Shown one piece after another: positions 61,395-64,000 of a stretch of 64,000 nt of DNA (the first letter of the stretch is position 1; each line of letters begins with the position of its first letter). Position numbers and translations under genes: made by a program. This DNA comes from the human T2T-CHM13v2.0 reference genome, Homo sapiens, in assembly GCF_009914755.1 (NCBI RefSeq), contig NC_060931.1, one strand, 5' to 3'. Under the pieces are notes generated by a model that saw nothing but the letters and a program-made list of their open reading frames with translations, was not told where the DNA came from and ran no database searches.

Positions 61395-62092
61395 TGTTAG
61401 AAGTAAATGCTCGCTTCCACCAAGTGAAAATAGCACTCAGGCAAAAGTTTTCTCAGCAAGGCAGTTTACTTCTATAGAAGGGTACATCTATAGGGGAGGG
61501 GGAGGGGAGGGGAGGGGGAGGGGAGGGGAAGGGGAGGGGAGGGGAAGGGGAGGGAGAGGGGAGGGGAGGGGAAGGGGAAGGGAAGGGGAGGAGAGGGGAA
61601 GGGGAGGGGAGGGGAGGGAAGGGAAGGGAAGGGAAGGGAAGGGGGTCTTATTCCTAATGTAGCTTGTCCCTACTGCTGTGTCTTTCCCCTATTGGCTGGG
61701 ATTGGATCGCACAGTCTAAGCTAATTCTGATTGGCTATTTTAAAGAGCGAGAAGGTATGAGCCAGAGTGGCAGGGTGAGTAGTTTTGGCAGGAGGGATGG
61801 TTGCAGAGCAGGTGACTAAGGATGACTAAGGACAAAGCAGGTGACTAAAAACAGAGCAGGTGATAGAGGCTAGAAGGGGGTTGTTCACTGAAACTAGGGG
61901 CAAGGAGACGTAAAGAACGAGGAAATTAAAGTTTAAAACAGAGAACAAAGAACAGGGGAGCTGAACATACTGATACATTGGTTCTTTGGAGAGGAACTCA
62001 GAACTCATTGTACTTAACAATTTTCTCCCTCTTGAATTTTAAAGGAAGTTAACAGGCTTAAGGCTTTGAAGAGGAATTTATTATATCCTACA
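61395..62092 (-). mobile_element. LTR10-like (ERV1) solo LTR with an internal GGGGA/GGGAA expansion at 61492-61644
   Basis: TG...CA ends, TSD caaa, flanking L1 is continuous across it; minus-strand 5' end tgtaggatataataaattcctc...ttgttaagtacaatgagttctgag. Confidence 0.75.
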
Positions 62093-64000
62093 CAAAAATA
62101 AGAATTACAGTAAACTTCTCATCAGAAACCACAGAAGCCAAAAGAAAATGGTCTGACCTTCTTTAAAGTGAAAATGAAGCAAATCAAGACAAAAATCTCT
62201 GGCAATCCAAAATTCTATACTCAGTGAAAATATCCTTCACAATACAAAAGAGGTAAAAAACCTTTCCCAGACAAATGAAAACTGAAGGAATGCATTGCCA
62301 GCAGACCAGCTCTACAAGAAACGTTAAAGAATATTCTCCAAGCAGAAGGAATGTGATAGCAGACTGAAACTTGAATCTGCACAAAGAAATGAAGCACACT
62401 GGAAATGGAATAAAGAAGATAAGACAGAATCAATTTTTAAAAAAATTTTAGTTTCTCTAAAAGGTAAAGCAAAAATAGTGGCAATATATTATAGGTTTGT
62501 AACATATATAAAAGTAAACTGTATGACAACAATATCAGAAAAGACAGGAGGGAGATATTGGAAAGACCTGTTGTAAGATCCTTACACTACACACAAAGCA
62601 GTATAATGTTATTTGCAGTTGGATTTCAGTTAACTGTAGAAGCATATTATGACTATTAGGGCAACCACTAAAATTTCTTGAAAAGATGTTTTTATACATT
62701 ATAAATATGAGATATATGTATAAGATAATAGAGATGATAAAATTGAATCATAAAAAATGATCAATAACCCCCCCAAAAGGCAGAATAAATGAAGGAAAGA
62801 TGCAGAGAACAGATGGAACAAATAGAAAACAGTGATCAATATGGTAGATGTTAATGCAGCTACAGTAATAATCACAGTAAATGTGGACAGTCAGTCTAAA
62901 CACATCAGTTAAAAGTCAGAGATTGTCAGATCAGCTTTAAAAATGGACCAAACTGTATGCAATCTACAAGAAATCTTTTTTAAAAATGTAAAGACAGAAA
63001 GGTTAAAAGTAAAAGGACAGAGAAAGCTATGTAACGCACACCAAAAGAAAGCTGGAGTAGCTATTTTAATATCAGATGAAGCAGACTCCCAGGCAAGGAA
63101 TATTAGCAGCCATAAGGAGGGCATTATATAGTGATAAAGGGATCAATTCTCCAAAAAGATAAAATAGTTTTGAATGTGCAAGCATGTAAAAATAGAGCTT
63201 CAAAATACTTGAGACAAAAATTGTTAGAACAGAAAAATAAAAGACAAGTTCACAATTATAGATCAAGTCTTCAATATTCTTCTCTCAGTAAGTTGATAAA
63301 ATAGGCCATAAAAATCAGTAAAAATACAGAAAATGTAAACAACACTATCAAACAACTAGACTTAATTGGCATTTATTGAACATGCTATTCAATAGTAGTA
63401 CAATGCACTTTCTTTTCAGGTACACATGGAATGTTTATTAAGAGAGACCACATTTTGGGCCATAAAATAAACCTCAACAAATTTCATGCAAAGTGTATAA
63501 TCAGACCACGACAAAATTAAACTGTAAATAGTAAAAGAAAGATTTCTGGGAAATCCCAAAATATAAACTACACACTTCTACATAACCCATGGATCAAAGA
63601 GGACTAAAGGGAAATTTTAAAACAGTTTGCGCCCAGCTGAATGAAAACAAAAATACGGCATATCAAAATGTACAGGGCAGGGCACAGTGGCTCATGCCTA
63701 TAATCCCAGCGCTTTGGGAGGCCAAGGCAGAAGGATCACTTGAGACCAGCCTGGGCAACATAGAGAGATCCCGTCTCTACAACAAATTTTAAAAATTAGC
63801 TGGGCATGGTGGAGCAGCTTATAGTCCTACTGACTCGTGAGGCTGAGGCAGGAGGATCGCTTGAGCAGAGGAGTTCAAGGCTGCAGTGAACTATGATCTT
63901 GCCACTGCACTCCAGTGTGGATGACAGAGCGACATCCTGTCTCAAAAAAAAAAAAGAAAAAGAAAGTGCAGATGCTGCCAAATCAGTGCTTGGCAGATTA

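Larger units (their letters stand above)
60860..63675 (+). mobile_element. Old L1 (L1M) ORF1 3' part and ORF2 endonuclease region, interrupted by younger elements
   Basis: gaaatatttgaggaaataatggccaagaattt (ORF1); translation TVCNLQE...LKVKG...QKKAGVAILISD (L1 endonuclease). Confidence 0.85.

Overview
Primate, almost certainly human, genomic DNA that is very Alu-rich. I recognise it from memory as the 7q32.1 region around GARIN1A (FAM71F2); no database check was run. The left ~20 kb is a segmental-duplication-type block. It holds two old calmodulin (CALM2-like) retrocopy fragments, an internally duplicated ERVL+MER1B segment, lncRNA-type exons spliced into a ~3.7 kb degenerate GC-rich repeat with an embedded inverted repeat and 49-bp VNTR, and a rearranged CIC processed pseudogene. 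The middle contains a nested Alu/THE1/Alu insertion within a probable hAT fossil, an EMG1 retrocopy fragment, and the complete 5-exon GARIN1A CDS (903 nt, 300 aa). The right part contains a full-length SVA, a deleted MER41, an IMP3 pseudogene, two 5S rRNA gene remnants, and old L1 sequence interrupted by a MER8-like element and an LTR10-like LTR. I cannot demonstrate a wholly new biological system. The best leads are (i) a 5S rDNA orphon that keeps its upstream D-box and apparently a pre-Alu form of the spacer, and (ii) a transposon-derived micro-exon that supplies an in-frame ATG to a 375-codon repeat-derived ORF in a transcript that could form a long hairpin and run antisense into the CIC pseudogene. 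Repeat subfamily names and locus names come from memory and need RepeatMasker/BLAST confirmation.
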